Shown here: positions 61,062-64,000 of the stretch, piece by piece
Position numbering within the stretch: position 1 is the first letter of the stretch
Layout: each line of letters starts with the position of its first letter
Assembly: GCA_963823655.1 (NCBI GenBank)
Contig: CAWGMK010000013.1
Coordinates: 352,001-416,000, forward strand
Length of the DNA: 64,000 nucleotides
Origin: an uncultured Bacillota bacterium
GTDB taxonomy: Bacteria > Bacillota > DTU025 > MWDF01
Direction: 5' to 3'
Notes under the pieces: model-generated
Told to the model about the DNA's origin: nothing
What the model saw: only the letters and a program-made list of their open reading frames with translations
Database searches by the model: none
Position numbers and translations under genes: made by a program

Positions 61062-62321
61062 ATGGCTCAGAGCACATACGAACAGGTCCTGGCAAGGCTG
61101 AAGCTTGCAAAGGAAATCCTGAACCTCGACGAAGGCACTTACGCAATGCTATGCGAACCCGAAAGGGCGCTGGAGGTTAATGTACCGGTCAAGATGGACG
61201 ACGGCAGCATCAAGTTATTCAAGGGCTACAGGGTGCAGCACAGTACAGCCAGAGGGCCGGCAAAGGGCGGAATCCGCTATCATACGGACGTTAACTACGA
61301 CGAGGTCAAGTCCCTGGCAGCGTGGATGTCATTCAAATGCGGCGTGGTGGACATCCCCTACGGCGGCGCAAAAGGCGGCATATGCGTAGACGTAACGAAG
61401 CTCTCCGAGGGCGAGCTTGAGCGCCTGACCCGCGGCTATACATCGAAGATAGCGCCGATCATCGGGCCCATGAAGGACGTGCCCGCCCCCGACGTGAACA
61501 CGAGCGGCAAGATCATGGCATGGATCGTCGATACTTATTCTGCGATCACAGGACAGTACCAGCCCGCCGTCGTAACCGGCAAGCCCCTTACCATGAACGG
61601 CTCACTGGGCAGGAACGAAGCTACAGGGCGCGGCGTATCGTTTGCGGCCCGCGAGCTTCTCAAGAGGCTTAACGTGGATGCCAAGAACGTATGCGTGGCA
61701 GTGCAGGGCTTCGGCAATGTCGGCGGCATCGGCGCCATCATGCTCCACAACATGGGCATGAAGGTTGTCGGTATCAGCGACATTTCGGGCAACTACTACA
61801 ATCCTGCGGGCATCGATGTTAACGCCGCATTCGCGTACGCCGGCAAGAACCCCAAGAAGGTTGTCGAAGGCTACGTCGAAAAGGGATTGGTCAAGCTTGA
61901 CGACCCGAAGGGCGTATTGTATTTGGACTGCGACCTGCTAGTGCCCGCAGCCCTCGAAAACCAGATAACTGTGGAGAACGCTTCCAAAATCAAGGCTAAG
62001 TACATTGTCGAGGGAGCCAACGGCCCCATAACCGCCGAAGCCGACGAGATATTGAACAAGGCCGGCAAGATCATAATCCCCGACATCCTATCAAACGCCG
62101 GCGGAGTCACAGTCTCCTACTTCGAGTGGTGCCAGAACCTCAGCGGCTACTATTGGACTGAGAAGGAAGTCAATGACAGGCTAGACGTCAAGATGAGCCA
62201 GGCTTTCAATTCCTGCTGGGACTTCGCCCAGGAGAAGAAGGTCACGATGCGCATCGCCGCCTACTGCCTGGCGATCAAACGCATAGTGGATGCGATGCAC
62301 GCAAGGGGCATATTCCTCTAG
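61062..62321 (+). CDS. gdhA: Glu/Leu/Phe/Val dehydrogenase (glutamate dehydrogenase)
   Basis: GGAGG RBS; GPAKGGIRY, GGAKGG, DVPAPD, ATGRG, QGFGNVG, EGANGP, NAGGVTVSYFEW. Confidence 0.93.
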   Translation: MAQSTYEQVLARLKLAKEILNLDEGTYAMLCEPERALEVNVPVKMDDGSIKLFKGYRVQHSTARGPAKGGIRYHTDVNYDEVKSLAAWMSFKCGVVDIPYGGAKGGICVDVTKLSEGELERLTRGYTSKIAPIIGPMKDVPAPDVNTSGKIMAWIVDTYSAITGQYQPAVVTGKPLTMNGSLGRNEATGRGVSFAARELLKRLNVDAKNVCVAVQGFGNVGGIGAIMLHNMGMKVVGISDISGNYYNPAGIDVNAAFAYAGKNPKKVVEGYVEKGLVKLDDPKGVLYLDCDLLVPAALENQITVENASKIKAKYIVEGANGPITAEADEILNKAGKIIIPDILSNAGGVTVSYFEWCQNLSGYYWTEKEVNDRLDVKMSQAFNSCWDFAQEKKVTMRIAAYCLAIKRIVDAMHARGIFL

Positions 62322-62344
62322 ATCGGGATTTCAGTCGAAATAGC

Positions 62345-62374
62345 AGGGGGCCCGGCTTGTAAGCCGGGCCCCCT
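62345..62374. terminator. Hairpin between convergent gdh and rimO
   Basis: agggggcccggctt-gt-aagccgggccccct perfect inverted repeat. Confidence 0.75.
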
Positions 62375-62390
62375 TGATTCGCATTGAGTC

Positions 62391-63725
62391 TTATATTATG
62401 TCAGCGCCGAGGTCGTAATCCGAAGCGCTCGAAATCCTGACCTTCAACATGGTACCGGCCTTAAGCTCGGCATCCCCGATTAGTATCTTTCCGTCCTCCT
62501 CGGGGGCTTCCGCATACGACCTTGCATCGACGAGCAGGTCCGATTCCTCTGAAGGGCCGTCTACTATGACTAGCGGTTCCTCACCCACCCTGGATTCATT
62601 GTATTCGCGGCTTATGCAAGCAAGCAGGGACATGATCGTCCGCTCCCTGTCTATCTTGGCCTCTTCGGGCACCTGGTCCGGCATGGAGGCGGCGGGCGTA
62701 CCCTCCTCGGGGCTGAATTTGAACACCCCGGCCCTTTGAGGCCTTATCCTCTTTATGAACCCGACCAGCTCCTCGACGTCCTCTTCGGTTTCACCGGGGA
62801 AGCCTACCATGAACGTAGTGCGAATTACGATCTCAGGCCTTGCCGCTCGGAGCCTATCCACCAAGCCTATGATGTCCCCGGAGGTCCCCTTCCTGTTCAT
62901 TGAAGCCAGCACCCTGTCCGAGCCGTGCTGCATAGGAAGGTCGATATAGGGAACAAGCTTTCCTCCGAGCCCATCCTTGAAGAGGCCGACGAGCTCATCG
63001 TCCACTCTTTCAGGATAGGCGTACATGAGCCTTATCCATGTCAAACCTTCGATTTGCGCAAGGGCGCGAATTAGCTCCGCTATCCTGGGTTTCCCGTAAA
63101 GGTCGGTCCCGTATACGGTCGTATCCTGGGCGATAAGGACCAGCTCCTTCACGCCTTTGCCTACGAGTGACTTAGCCTCGGCGACGATCTGCTCGAAAGG
63201 CTTACTAACGAGCCTGCCGCGGATTTCCGGGATCATGCAGTATGAGCACCTGTTGTCGCAGCCGTCGCAAATCTTAAGATAGGCATAGTGACCGGAGCTT
63301 GTGAGCACTCTCTCGGCACCTTCCCCAAGGTAGCCTCTGCCGCCCATCAGTACCTGCTTCTTGCCCAGCGACGCTCCTTTGACGAAATCGGCCACTTTGC
63401 CGTATTCGCCGGGAGATATTATGCCGTCAATTTCGGGCATAAGCTCAGTAAGCTGCGAACCGTACCTGTTGGGCAGGCAGCCTGCCACGAGCACGGCTCC
63501 CACTTCGCCGCGCCGCTTCTGGTCAGAGCACTCCAAGATAACTTCAATGGCTTCCTCGCATGCGCTTTCGAGGAAACTGCAGGTGTTTATAACCACGGCA
63601 TCTGCCTTCTCGCCTTCCGAAACCAGCTCGAGGCCCGCTGCCGCAAGATTTCCGAGTATGTATTCGCTGTCCACCCTGTTCTTGGCACAGCCCAGAGATA
63701 TCATCCGAACCTTCAGACCGCTCAT
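62391..63725 (-). CDS. rimO: Ribosomal protein S12 methylthiotransferase
   Basis: SLGCAKN.VDSE, INTCSF, YLKICDGCDNRCSYC, RLMYAYP, APEEDG TRAM domain. Confidence 0.93.
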   Translation of the reverse strand: MSGLKVRMISLGCAKNRVDSEYILGNLAAAGLELVSEGEKADAVVINTCSFLESACEEAIEVILECSDQKRRGEVGAVLVAGCLPNRYGSQLTELMPEIDGIISPGEYGKVADFVKGASLGKKQVLMGGRGYLGEGAERVLTSSGHYAYLKICDGCDNRCSYCMIPEIRGRLVSKPFEQIVAEAKSLVGKGVKELVLIAQDTTVYGTDLYGKPRIAELIRALAQIEGLTWIRLMYAYPERVDDELVGLFKDGLGGKLVPYIDLPMQHGSDRVLASMNRKGTSGDIIGLVDRLRAARPEIVIRTTFMVGFPGETEEDVEELVGFIKRIRPQRAGVFKFSPEEGTPAASMPDQVPEEAKIDRERTIMSLLACISREYNESRVGEEPLVIVDGPSEESDLLVDARSYAEAPEEDGKILIGDAELKAGTMLKVRISSASDYDLGADII

Positions 63726-63997
63726 ATCTTCCCCCACACCAAAAGCACGCCCATTATGATCATCGCTGAGCCTGATATGTATTTAAGCACTTTCTCCGGT
63801 ATGAATTTTCCGACTACCCCGCCGGCAAGCACGCCAATTATCGAAGTGGATACCAGTGCGAGCGATGCGCCAAGGAGCACGCCCCATCTAGCGTTGGGCG
63901 TGCATTTCGCGGAAAGTACTAGGGTTGCCAGCTGGGTCTTGTCTCCCAGTTCCGCCAGGAAGACCACAGCGAATGTGCTAAGAGCCATCTTAATCAT
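63722..63997 (-). CDS. UPF0016/TMEM165/GDT1 family single-domain membrane protein
   Basis: FLAELGDKTQLAT motif and three TM helices. Confidence 0.88.
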   Translation of the reverse strand: MIKMALSTFAVVFLAELGDKTQLATLVLSAKCTPNARWGVLLGASLALVSTSIIGVLAGGVVGKFIPEKVLKYISGSAMIIMGVLLVWGKI

Positions 63998-64000
63998 TAG

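Noticed and set aside
1-64000. tRNA, rRNA, IS elements, prophage or defence systems
   Set aside because: None recognisable; intergenic gaps are short and coding space is accounted for by housekeeping and pilus genes

Overview
Core chromosomal segment of a Bacillota-like bacterium: PASTA kinase, DivIVA, a Cheo-type LexA box, MraZ boxes and SigH-like promoters are all present. Almost all genes are on the minus strand. Right to left: UPF0016 transporter, rimO, gdh (+), a BMP-family nucleoside ABC transporter, rlmN-PP2C-prkC-rsgA-rpe-cinA(C)-ridA-thrC-like, a PlsC-like acyltransferase (+), thpR-recA-recX-rny-hypothetical-ymdB, a dcw cluster (mraZ to ftsZ, no murD), pgeF, a HlyD-like gene, yggS, ylmH, divIVA, lspA, lgt, rluD, purB, capA-like, rqcH (+), yicC, actinobacterial-type IHF, gmk, rpoZ, coaBC, and a diderm-type type IVa pilus cluster (pilB,T,C,A,D,M,N,O,P,Q). 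Highlights: (1) a giant secretin, missed by the ORF track, with an STN domain and at least 11 tandem ~70-aa N-domain repeats running off the left edge; together with a lipobox-less BMP protein it suggests an outer membrane; (2) a stand-alone intein/HINT-like gene with all catalytic positions apparently substituted, wedged between ftsZ and pgeF; (3) MurE with DNPL instead of DNPR; (4) a Cys3-His putative Zn-binding pilin in an AT-rich block with SigH-like promoters. About 18 genes, many of them essential, carry single-base frameshifts that look like long-read indel errors. All family calls are by eye; no database search was run.
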